Shown: positions 52,969 through 64,000 of the stretch, piece after piece | Position numbering within the stretch: position 1 is the first letter of the stretch | Layout: the number at the start of each line of letters is the position of its first letter | DNA from: Anolis carolinensis | Lineage: Eukaryota | DNA: 64,000 nt | Direction: 5' to 3' | NCBI RefSeq assembly: GCF_035594765.1 | Contig: NC_085846.1 | Location: forward strand, 12,635,190-12,699,189 | Position numbers and translations under genes: made by a program | Notes under the pieces: generated by a model | Told to the model about the DNA's origin: nothing | The model's input: only the letters and a program-made list of their open reading frames with translations | Databases searched by the model: none

Positions 52969-53174
52969 CAATATAACTAACCTGTAATATCTTGGTTTGT
53001 TTTGGGGGCGAGAATAAGAAGAACAATCCTCCTAACATGGCTATCAGGTACTTCTTAAAGAGACAGTGCCACAAAAAGGGTGTTGAAAGAGGAAGACGAG
53101 ACAAGGCCTGATAGAAAAGGCGAGGGAGCGGAGTGAGAAGGGACGAAGGGGAGAAACGGGCCCTGCAGGCTCAC

Positions 53175-53260
53175 CCCGCCATCGCCGCTTCTCTGCCTTC
53201 CCCTCCATACGACGCTTCGGACTAGAAGCCCCGCCGCAGCCACTGCGCATGCGCCCTAGG
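53175..53260 (-). other. RNF40: RNF40 non-coding exon 1 (5' boundary approximate)
   Basis: GTGAG donor (ctcac 53170-53174 on +) at the edge of the CpG-rich promoter; exon 2 acceptor at 52154-52156 lies upstream of the ATG at 52087. Confidence 0.65.
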
Positions 53261-53800
53261 AGCCATCTCTCGGCCTCCGCTCCAGACCCAAGCGAATCTT
53301 TCCTTCCTCTTCGGGTGGCGCATGCGCGAGCAGCTTCTGCAACTCGGGATGCGACGCGTTTTCCTATTGGCCGAAAGGACACCTGGAGGGGCGGGTTGTG
53401 TTTGTGTGTAGTGAGGGAAAAATAAAAGCAAACACATGATTGGTTGAACCGCGAAAAAGGTTGCCTGTGATTGAGCCGATGCTCCTTACGAAGAGGCGTG
53501 GCTTCCCTGCGATTGGCTCAAAGGTAAAACTCCTCCCATAGAGACAGGGAAAAGTAAGTCAAAACCAAACATTTCCTCTGTAATATTATTATTAGTAGTA
53601 GTAATAATAATAATTTTAAAAAGGAAAATATCTTTCTTTGCTTTTTATTAAGATGAGCATCTTCTCCGTATCTCTATTGGAAAGGCTCCACTTTGAAAGA
53701 AGACGACTGTGATTGGCTCGGTCCTGGCCTTGCTTGAACATTCCTTATTCTAATTGGAGGAGAACAGGCGGAGCCCAGAATACCATGGCAACGGTGGCTT
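53200..53800. promoter_or_regulatory. Bidirectional CpG-rich promoter of RNF40/CFAP119
   Basis: High CpG density; NRF1 GCGCATGCGC at 53245-53254 and 53318-53327; GC box 53388-53395; ATTGG (CCAAT) at 53366, 53439, 53512, 53676, 53712, 53753; RFX X-box-like ATACCATGGCAAC at 53780-53792. Confidence 0.85.
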
Positions 53801-56800
53801 CCTTCAGCCCTCCACCTGAAAGGCCTTTAATGGGGCCGGAATCCCTCAATAAGGTACCAGAGGAGGGCCTGCAATAACATCCATACATTAGTTAATGAAG
53901 AAAGCAGAGAAACGAATGGTTGAAGGAAGAGTTTTGTAGCTGATGGCTACCTCATGTAGGGCGCATCTGCACTGTAGAATTAATCCAGTTTAATACCACT
54001 CAATGCTCAATGTTATGGCGTTCAGGGAGTTGTAGTTTGGGAAGGCACCAGCCCTCTCTAGTAGAGAAGGAAACGGACCTTGTAAAACCGCAGCTGACCT
54101 GAAGGTTGCCGGTTCGAATCCACGAGACAAGACGGGGTGAGCTCCCATCTGTCAGCTCTAGCTTGCGGGGACATGAGAGAAGCCTCCCAGCAGGATGGTA
54201 AATAATAATAATAATAATAATAATAATACTAACTCAGGGTGGCTTACACAGGGACAAGCCCAAAACGACAACATAATATAACATTACACACAACGGAATT
54301 AAAACAGTAATTTAAAATATTATAACAAAAGATAAAAACAATTTAACACACATCCGGGCAACATCTCTGTAGACGGCCAATTCTCCCACACCAGAAGCAA
54401 CTTGCATTATGTTCTCAAGTCACTTGTGCTATGAATTTTTTTAAAAAAATCCATACAGTATTGAACCCAAATAGAGAGAAAGAGAAAACGTGGAGGCAGT
54501 GACAGAATTTGTATTTCTAGGCACAAAGATTGCTGCTGACGCAGACTGTAGCCAGGAAATCGGAAGATGTTTATTTCTTGGAAGGAGAGTGTTATCGATA
54601 ACAAGCGCAATGAGCAATCTCGATAAAATAGTGTAGAGTCATCACACTGGCAACAAAGATCCACATAGTTAAAGCATTCCCCATAGTTAAGGTTTTCCCC
54701 ATAGTAACCTATGGATGTGAGAACTGGACCATACTGAAGACTGAGCGAAGGAAGATAAACGCTTTTGAACTGTGATATTGAAGGAAAGTTCTTAGAGTGC
54801 CTTGGACTGCACGAAGATCCAGCCAGTCTATACTCCAGGAAATAATGCCCAACTACTTGCTGGAGGGAAGGATATTATGGGCAAAGGTGAAGTACTTTGG
54901 CCACATAATGAGAAGACAGGAAAACTTGGAGAAGGCAGTGATGCTGGGGAAAATGGAAGGAAAAAGGAAGAGGGGCCGACCAAGGGCAAGATGGATGGAT
55001 GGTATCCTTGAAGTGACTGGCTTGACCTTGAAGGAGCAGAAGGTGGTGACCGCTGACAGGGAGCTCTGGCGTGGATTGGTCCAGGAGGTCACGAAGAATC
55101 AGAAGCAACTGAAGGAATAAACAACATTAGCTACATTTCCCTGTTTCAACAGATGGCAGTCAAAGTGGTACCAAATTGAGTTACTTCTGCAGTTTAGATG
55201 CACTTATAGTCAACAACTCAGGTTTAGCAAACTCAGAACTGTGGTTTCTTTTAAAGGTACTTCACTATATTCTTTTTCTGCCCATTCAGCGTTTTAAAGC
55301 CAATCCAGTGAATTGTTGGACTTGAACTTGAGAGATCTAGACTCCTATTTCTGCTTACACTCTGTAACAGCATTTGAAAAATGATGCCTCATACAGTATA
55401 TGCCATTAGCAGCATATATGAGGGAAAATACTCCAGAAGATATTTTTCTTTCACTGAATTTTTTTTAAAAGAGTCAAAATGTATAATTTTATTTAATAAT
55501 AATTAACAATACTTTATTTTTATACCCCACCTCCATCTCTCCGAAGGGACTCGGGGCGGCTTACATGGGGCCATGCCTGGATAAAACAGCAAACCAAATA
55601 AAACATCAGAAAATACAGACACAGATTAAAATTCAACACAATAAACATAACAAGAGTATAAAATAATAGTCATACTAAAACATGGAATTGGCACCCAAGT
55701 AAAGGGGGTAAAAAACAAACTGGGCAAAGTGCAATGAGTGAGTATTATAACATGAGGTAGATTGATTCAGTGCAATTTCTAATTACATAGACTATAATTT
55801 ACCTAACAAATGTTAGTTTGTTAGCACAATCCTTTTAATTGGAATCAGTAGCCACTATGACAGGATAAAGTTGCAACATAGTGAATACTACTAAATTAGC
55901 ATTTAAATAATCTAAGATTAATTTAAAATATCACTATGGTGATCCGGATTCTACAAAATGTACTTCTCTTTCAGCCTCGATCACATAAAGCAAAGATATG
56001 TATGTGGTAAGTTGCTTTTTGTATCTTTAGGGGAAGCTGGTTATACCACTGATTAAATGCCTGGAACCAGTTTATATTGGTTCATAGCTTGAAGATGATT
56101 ATATTCTGGTGATGTCTGGTGACTGATTCTGTGACACTCAGAAAACTTTCAGAAATTACTGTATTGGCCATTTAGCTAAATACATCAAATTTCAAAATCC
56201 GCAAAACATCAATGCCTTCATTGGGCCAAATAAAATCATAATTATAGAGAGCCACTGATTTTTTCATCATGCAAAGATAATAACAATCAAACAGGAAAAG
56301 AAAAAATAATGGCAACATTTTGAATGTGAGATTGCACTTTTTGCTTCAGCTAAAGGGATGTCCAGCTGTTATACCTGTTTTTTCTTCATTGTCCTTTTTC
56401 AGGAAATATTTAGATGTTCACAGCATGGATCTCATCAATGCGGCTAAGACCACTGATAGTCTGAAGAGGTAATGGTGGTTTGGGGATTGAGAAACAAAAG
56501 CTAACTGTCATTGTATCTTAAATAAAAATGAAAGAATATATAGAATTGAATACAAAACATGAACTTCTGGTCATTTCCAATTTTGTTTTGAGGATTGACT
56601 GAATCATGATTTTTTCCCAGAGGCAGAAAATGCACCCAAGGATTATGTCATCCTTGATGTATAATAAATTTTAAGGTTGCTTGCTAATATCAAGAATCAT
56701 GCATAAAAACCAGACACTCGGTATAATATTGCACATCAAGATACTGTAGACACGTGATTGTTTTTCCAACTGTAATCCGCTATATTGAGTTTTAGGCATG

Positions 56801-59800
56801 GCAGGTATTGTATCCATATTAGAAATGTGTCAGTAGCAGAATGTGAGGAAATGACCTTTTTTATATTACAGCTTTTTATCCTGCAGCCATTTGCTGATTA
56901 GTGTGAGAAATTTGAATGTTAAAAGCTTTCACAGCATTGGATCAGTGTACCTAAAGAGCTGATTTACTCCATATGTACCCACTTGCACTGAAACTTGTTC
57001 CTGACAGGGTACATCTTAGGGTGCATCTTGAACTCACATAAATGGGGACATAGTGTGAGAGGATCCCTTGCTTAACCTTCTGCTGAAATCGAAAGCTGAC
57101 ATTGGCTACATTTCCCTGTTTCAACAGATCAATATCATTTTATTCCTTAGCATGTCTAATTAATTAAAGTACTATAGTACTTAATATTAGAAGCTCATAG
57201 TATGAAAAACCACTGAATTTTGAACTAGAAGTGCCATGAAAAATCCAGGAAAGTTTGGAGCTTGGGCATACTCCTTTCTGGATGACAACTCCAAGATCCC
57301 CCCTGCCTTCCCAATTTCTGCTACACAAAGAACGAAAATCATGAAACAGGCTGTGTAGATTGGATATCCCTATGTCTGCTCAGTATTCAAGTAAATGGTT
57401 GCAAGGCCATCATTTTCTATAAGTAAACTTCAAGACACAGATCTGCAATAAGCTGCCATTCTTTCCACGTTCCCTGCAGTAATTTGGCTGGCCTGGATTA
57501 GTCTACTGCAACAAAAATGGTTCAATGGATCTTCATGGATTTGGTTACTCACATTTTTGCAAGCTCCAGCTTGTTTCATTGGGTGCTTGAACTGGATAAC
57601 AATTGGTATCTCTGTGGAGGTGGGTTCTAATTGGTTTTGGTTTACCAGATGTGTCAAAAAGTGGATGCGCATTAACTTGGGAGTGAGTCTTTGAAGAGGT
57701 ATTGCTGAAAAACACCTCAGATCAGGCAATGTAAAGTTAAAAAACCAGTTTGAATAGAGTAAGAGGAATGTGGAAAAAGAGGAATGGTAAGACATGAAAA
57801 GCTATCAGTCAGTCGTTAGGGTATACTTAACTAGCCATGGTAAAAAGAGACTAATTAAACCAACACAGTTTGTATACTGTACATACTTCTGAGCACCGTC
57901 AAACCTCAAGAATCTGTCAGTGAAATCAATGACACCTAAAGCAAGCATGGAAGATGTGTTGCTCTCCAGATATTGTTCACCTTCAGGAACGTCCATCCTA
58001 CATTGCATATCCAGCAGTGAGGAATGGTGAGAGTTGCAGTCCTGCTTTAGGTTTCATTGAAGTACTCCCCTTTTCCACCCATCCCTACTCCCTCCTCCCT
58101 TCTCCTGTTGGACTGAATATCACCTGGGTCTCAGTGAGAGAAGGCAAGGGAGAAGTTACAGCGTTTCTGGAGGTGAGAGCTCCTTCCCACTCCCTCCTCC
58201 CTTCTCCTGTTGGACTGAATATCACCTGGGTCTCAGTGAGAGAAGGCAAGGGAGAAGTTACAGCGTTTCTGGAGGTGAGAGCTCCTTCCCACTCCCTCCT
58301 CCCTTCTCCTGTTGGACTGAATATCACCTGGGTCTCAGTAAGAGAAGGCAAGGGAGAAGTTACAGCGTTTCTGGAGGTGAGAGCTCCTTCCCACTCCCTC
58401 CTCCCTTCTCCTGTTGGACTGAATATCACCTGGGTCTCAGTGAGAGAAGGCAAGGGAGAAGTTACAGCGTTTCTGGAGGTGAGAGCTCCTTCCCACTCCC
58501 TCCTCCCTTCTCCTGTTGGACTGAATATCACCTGGGTCTCAGTGAGAGAAGGCAAGGGAGAAGTTACAGCGTTTCTGGAGGTGAGAGCTCCTTCCCACTC
58601 CCTCCTCCCTTCTCCTGTTGGACTGAATATCACCTGGGTCTCAGTGAGAGAAGGCAAGGGAGAAGCTGCATCCATTGGAGTCAGCACTTTTACCACCCTA
58701 GAAGATCCACTCGGAAAGTCTTCGCCAGTCCGGAGGCCTTCCATTGATTATTTTTTTCTGACTTTGTCATGGAACCTGTTGTCCTTGTATGAGTGTTTCC
58801 CTCATCAGACGAACCGGTTGCTGCCGCCACTTGGCCTTTTCTCCTCTTTTTTGTTCTCTCCCGTCCCTTTTAAAATTCTATGTTATTTTATTTTAGCTGT
58901 GTAAGTATATAGAGTATACTCAACCTACACTTTTTAATTGCTCTGGGCCATTAGTATTCTGTTTTTTGTTTTTGTTTTTTTTTACTACGGTTTTGATATT
59001 TTAGTGGAAAATGAATCAGCTGGATACATATGGGATCTGCGAACTGTCCCAGCTATGCCACCTTATGGGCAGATCTTTTAGCCTCGTTTTTTCACAGCTT
59101 GTAACTGTGAATGAGAAACTAGATCATCTCATCAAGGGAATTTCGCAACTGGCAAATGCCACTAGACATCAAGATGTTCCTGAGGATGAGAATAATATTG
59201 GATATAACTCGAGGGAATCCAGTTGGCATTTAGATTTTGGGGGGGAGAAAATACCTGGGTTTCAAAAGGGCAGCAAGGAGTTAATATTGGATAATGGGAG
59301 TATCGAGGGAATGGATGATATGTGTGCTGAACAAACTGGCCCGTGAAGGGTAGATATGGATATGGATATAGGTTTGGGAGTGGCGAAATCATCAACGAAG
59401 GCTCCATTGGAGGGGGATTTCTCTTCTCCTCATGTTGAGTGCCGCCATGGCCATACCTTGCAAACGAAACAACTGGCCTTTCTAATTAGAGACTCCACAT
59501 GGAATAGGGGTAGATGGACCTCGAAAAGAGCGATCCAGAGGTCCTTGGTTCAGATTTTATCAAGGAGCCTGACTACAGTCAAGATTAAGACCATTACGTG
59601 GCTCCAGAAGGACTATCAATCACACGATCGCTCTATACGCCTCATTTCCAACTTTGAGGATAAGTCTATTATAGAGGAGTTATGGGCCCTTAGGTCCTGG
59701 CTGCTATCATGGGGCATCACCATCAGAAAAGTAATAGTAGACCCCGTGATTCGTCCTCTTGTGGCCAACTTGTCTTTATATACTCAAGCACTAACTAGGC

Positions 59801-62800
59801 CCAATGATAATAGGATGTTCAATCCTCACTGTAGGTCCCCTTCCTCAGAAAAGTCGCATCTAGATGTTCTGGCCCAATCTTTCTCAGTCCCTTACCAGCA
59901 ATCGTTGCCTCCCCCTACTCCTCGAAGATTTTTCGGTAGGCCCCACTTGTCCCCTTTCTTGGAAGCTAGGCTAGTTGGAAATTCCAGCAGTCATTTGGAC
60001 TTGGGGAGTTGACTAGACTCTCCAAATGATGTTCCAACTGAGCCAGATTCCCTGGGGGATGGGAACCGGGTGGGGTTTGGTTCCATCGAGGTCGTGTGGG
60101 GGAGGAGAAATTGCGGTCGACGGATTCCCAGGGAGAAGCGCAACAGAGTTCTTGCGACCCTGGAGAAGGATAGGTGTGGTAGCCTCGATGGCAGACCCTC
60201 CGGGCTGAAGGTCCTGCTGCTCAATGCCAGATCCGTCAAGGGTAAATCATCTATTATCCAGGATTTAATCCTGGATGAGCAGGCGGATCTGGCTTGCATC
60301 ACCGAGACCTGGCTGGATGAACTGGGTGGAGTTAGTCTTTCCCAGCTTTGTCCTCCGGGTTTCGGGGTGCATCAGCAGGCCAGGCCGGGAGGGCGGGGAG
60401 GTGGGGTTGCGGTGGTCTTTCGGCAGTCCATCGCCCTGGTCAGATGCGCCGCTTTGCAACCTGCCGGGCTTGAGTGTCTCCACCTGAGGGTGGGTACCCG
60501 GGACAGTTTGGGGATTCTGCTGGTGTACCGTGTACCCCGCAACACAGCAGTCTCCCTGCCTGAGCTAGCAGAGGTGGTCTCTAGCGTGGTGCTGGGTTCC
60601 CACCGCCTGGTGGTGCTGGGAGATTTCAACATTCACGCTGAGGCCACCTTGACAGGTGCAGCTCAGGAATTCATGGCCGCCATGACGACCATGCGACTGT
60701 CCCAAGTGATATCCGGTCCCACTCATCAAGCTGGACATACACTCGACCTGGTTTTTGTTGCGGGCGACGGTTTGGTTGGAGTGGAAGAGCAAACTATCCT
60801 TCCATTGTCATGGTCCGACCATTATCTGATCAGTTTAAGACTCACCACACCAGTAAACCTCCGCAGGGGTGGTGGACCCATTAAGATGGTCCGCCCCAGG
60901 AGACTTATGGATCCTGAGGGATTCCTGAGGTCTCTTGGGGATCTGTCTGCCATGGAGCCTGACGATCCTGTCGATGCCTTGGTCGCTCACTATAACAGTG
61001 AGTTGTCCAGGGCTATAGACATGATCGCCCCCGAACGTCCACTCTCGCTACGTGGAGTTGCCCCAGCCCCCTGGTTTACTGGGGAGCTGACGGAGATGAA
61101 ACATGTGAGGAGGAGACTAGAGTGCCGCTGGCGGACAACTCGTGATGCATCTGACCGAGCACGGTCTAGAGCCGCTATTAGGGCCTATTCCGCGGCGTTG
61201 CGAGCAGCCAGGAAGGCTTTCTCGACTGCCCGCATCGCGTCTGCAACAACTAGATCCTCAGAGCTGTTTCGGGTTGTTGGGGAGCTCCTCCACCCTCCTC
61301 AGGCTGGGGGGGCACCTGACATCCCGGCAACTCGGTGTAGCGAGTTTGCTCACCATTTTGCAGACAAAGTCGCTCAGATTCGTTCCGACTTAGATGCTGG
61401 CCTTGTTGCAATGCCAGGTGAGGTAGCCGAGGCTTCTGTCTGTTCGATCTTGTGGGATTCGTTTCAGCTTGTGCAGCCTGATGATGTGGACAAGATTCTT
61501 GGAGCGGTGAGGGCGACCACCTGTGCCCTTGACCCTTGCCCATCTTGGCTCTTAAAACAGGCCAGTGGTGGGTTGGTTGATTGGTTTGTGAGAATAATTA
61601 ATGCCTCTTTGGAGCAGGGTAGATTTCCATCTAATCTAAAACAAGCGGTGGTGAGACCTATCTTAAAGAAGGCCTCCCTAGATTCGACCAACTTGCATAA
61701 CTACAGACCAATCTCCAACCTTCCATTTTTGGGCAAGGTCTTGGAGCGGGTGGTTGCCTCTCAGCTCCAGGGATTCTTGGATGATACGGATTCTCTGGAC
61801 CAATCGCAGTCTGGCTTCAGGCCTGGTTTCAGTACCGAGACGGCTTTGGTCGCCTTGGTGGATGACCTCCGCAGGGAGCTGGACAGGGGGAGTGTGACCC
61901 TGCTGGTTCTCTTGGATATCTCAGCGGCTTTCGATACCATCGACCATGGTATCCTTCTGGGACGTCTCTCCGGGATGGGCCTTGGGGGTAATGTTCTGCA
62001 CTGGCTTCAGTCCTTCCTAGAGGGGCGTTCCCAGATGGTGAAGCTGGGGGACACCTGCTCGGACCCCTGGCCATTGTCCTGTGGGGTCCCACAAGGTTCT
62101 ATTCTGTCCCCCATGCTTTTCAATATCTACATGAAACCGCTGGGCGAGGTCATCCGGGGTTTTGGAGTTCGGTGCCATCTCTACGTGGATGACACCCAAC
62201 TCTACTACTCTTTTCCACCAAAATCCAAGGAAGCCCCTCGGATACTGGACCAGTGTCTGGCCGCTGTATTGGCCTGGATGAGGGCAAACAAGCTGAAGCT
62301 CAATCCTGACAAGACAGAGGTCCTCCAGGTCAGTCGAAAGTCCGATCGGGGTATTGGGTGGCAACCTGTGCTTGACGGGGTTGCACTCCCCCTGAAGGCG
62401 CAGGTCCGCAGCTTGGGGGTCCTCCTGGATTCGGGGCTGACGCTTGAGGCTCAGGTGTTGGCCGTGGCCGGGAGGGCCTTTGCACAACTAAAACTTGTGC
62501 GCCAGCTGCGACCATACCTCGAGAAGTCTGATCTGACTACGGTGGTCCATGCCTTAGTTACCTCTAGACTGGACTATTGCAATGCGCTCTACGTGGGGCT
62601 GCCTTGAAGACGGCCCGGAAATTGCAATTAGTTCAGCGCTCGGCAGCCAGGCTTCTAACAGGAGCAAACTACAGGGCGCGTTCTACGCCTCTGTTTAAGG
62701 AGCTTCACTGGCTGCCGTTTGTTTTCCGGGCCCAATTCAAGGTGCAGGTTATCACCTACAAAGCCCTAAACGGTTTGGGACCCACCTACCTTAGAGACCG

Positions 62801-63638
62801 CATCTCCCCCTATGAACCTGCACAATCTCTTCGCTCTTCGGGGGAGGCCCTCCTCTCGCTCCCACCACCTTCGCAGTTGCGGCTGGTGGGGACGAGAGAG
62901 AGGGCCTTCTCCGCTGTGGCCCCCCGCCTCTGGAACTCACTCCCAAGGGAGATTAGACAGGCCCCCACCCTCCTTGCCTTTCGAAAAAGCCTTAAAACCT
63001 GGATTTTCCAGAGGGCCTTCGACGACTAATTTTTGGGGGTTGATTTGTCTGCCCATTTAATTTAATTAGAGAGTGTTCTGCCATGATTATTGATACCTTG
63101 CTGAGTACTTCTGCCACGAAGCTACAGAAGCCCTCTATTTCGGCCTAGAACTGTTTTATCTCCTTGTTTTTAACATGTGATGTATGTATTGATTGTATGA
63201 CTGCTTTTCATGTTTGATTTTACAATGTGTAATTTGTCACTGTTTTTATTATTGTTGTGAGCCGCCCCGAGTCCCCTCGGGGAGATGGGGCGGGATATAA
63301 GAATAAATTTATTATTATTATTATAATGTCCAGCTGTTTATCTTGTCGCATCCAATGTAACAAAATACCAGGAGTTAAACAAACAGAAAGCAGGACAATC
63401 ACAGTGGAAGACTCTGACAGGGTATTGGTTACCAGTCCTTCTTTATTCTTTCTCTCTCTCCTCCACAGCCTCCTTGCTGAACTCTTACATCTCCAGGACT
63501 TTGAATCCAATCCTCGCTCTGCCATCTTACTAGATCTGTACTTCTACACCATTCAGTTCAGTAGGGAGCAGGGTTTCAACCGGGAACAGACCTCGACCTT
63601 CTTCTCAATTGTGAAGGATGTACATGAGGCCTGCGTGG
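53785..63638 (+). CDS. CFAP119: Cilia- and flagella-associated protein 119 (CCDC189/C16orf93), 5' part; continues beyond the window
   Basis: Exons 53785-53853 (start uncertain; alternative in-frame ATG at 53830), 55975-56006, 56403-56468, 63469-63638 splice in frame to ..KAKICMWKYLDVHSMDL..SLLAELL..AILLDLYFYTIQFSREQGFNREQTS..VHEACV, resembling CFAP119 as I recall it (RICMWKYLDVHSM, QQGFSLEQTS). Head-to-head with RNF40 as in human. Confidence 0.85.
54670..55123 (+). mobile_element. RTE/BovB 3' fragment
   Basis: YGCENWT, RVPWTARRS, KYFGHIMRR, GKMEGKRKRGRPRARWMD. Confidence 0.9.
58087..58665. repeat. 102-bp tandem array, about 5.7 near-identical copies
   Basis: TCTCCTGTTGG recurs at 58101, 58203 and onward; the only internal variant I found is G>A at 58340. 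Confidence 0.97.
59011..60012 (+). pseudogene. Putative L2 ORF1 (333 codons, one internal TGA at 59344-59346)
   Basis: ORFs 59011-59346 and 59356-60012 share one frame; N-terminal heptad-like LVFSQLVTVNEKLDHLIKGISQL; lies directly upstream of ORF2. Confidence 0.65.
60013..63029 (+). pseudogene. L2 ORF2 (EN-RT), disrupted by a 1-nt frameshift near 62603
   Basis: Frame open 60013-62607; C-terminus continues in another frame to 63029 (YVGLP / LKTARKLQLVQ). YADD reads YVDD, consistent with GCG>GTG CpG decay. Confidence 0.9.
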
Positions 63639-64000
63639 GTAAGCCTTTTTGGTGGCAGGAAGAATTCGGTTAATGGATTTTTTTGCTTTCTACAAGAACT
63701 CCAGGGTTTTCCTACTGATGCTCAGAGCAATTTCACATGGGTGAGAATAAAATTGCAGAACATGGTATTTGTGAACATGCATTCAGGAATTTATTTTAGC
63801 ACTAACACTGGCATTTGCTTAGAGAACCTTTCAGACACAATTCATGACTGTCTCACTGTAGGAGTCTTGTTCTAGGAGGAGGAATTCTAAATACCTCATC
63901 CTAAACTATTGGTTCCGTGATTCCGCAGGAAGAAACCAGAACAGCTAAAGTGGAATCAAAGTGGTATTGCTGTGTTGTGTGAAAGGGCCCCTGTTCTACC

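Larger units (their letters stand above)
58670..63324 (+). mobile_element. Near full-length L2-clade LINE in CFAP119 intron 3 (5' limit uncertain; may include the 102-bp array)
   Basis: APE endonuclease (LLNARS, CITETW, GGGVA, LGDFN, HTLDLVF, SDH) and RT (YRPISNLP, QSGFR, LLDISAAFDTIDH, GVPQGS, YVDD), L2-type C-terminus (SRLDYCN, LHWLP, RAFS.VAPRLWNSLP), 3' stem-loop at 63262-63293, AATAAA and (TTA)n tail. Confidence 0.95.

Noticed and set aside
58087-58665. CRISPR-like array
   Set aside because: Head-to-tail identical units without unique spacers, in a eukaryotic intron.
57954-58904. 316-aa (+) and 219-aa (-) ORFs as genes
   Set aside because: Their length is explained by a stop-free 102-bp unit repeated; no recognisable domain.
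60010-60012. Selenocysteine UGA in the L2 frame
   Set aside because: No SECIS recognised in the 3'UTR and no redox-motif context.
60265-62515. Antisense ORFs within L2 ORF2 and opposite RNF40 exons
   Set aside because: Shadow frames of GC-rich coding sequence.

Overview
Vertebrate (squamate, Anolis-like) genomic DNA, judged from Sauria SINE, Anolis SINE2/L2, BovB, Penelope and hAT MITE content. Four spliced protein-coding genes were reconstructed exon by exon: SLC5A2/SGLT2 (+, 15 coding exons, 679 aa), RUSF1/C16orf58 (-, 14 coding exons, 448 aa), RNF40 (-, 19 coding exons, 1029 aa) and the first four exons of CFAP119/CCDC189 (+), which shares a bidirectional CpG-rich promoter with RNF40. Introns are packed with TEs. 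The best lead is a near full-length L2 LINE in CFAP119 intron 3. Its ORF1 and EN-RT ORF2 lie in one frame, joined by a single TGA in the readthrough context TGA-CTAG inside a hairpin loop, and ORF2 has no usable AUG; a 102-bp tandem array lies upstream. Other leads: Penelope fold-back units carrying hammerhead-ribozyme cores, a SINE caught between BovB and L2 tails, a Helitron with captured TE pieces, and two non-canonical splice sites in RNF40. Gene and TE names rest on my recall of homologues and motifs; no database search was run.
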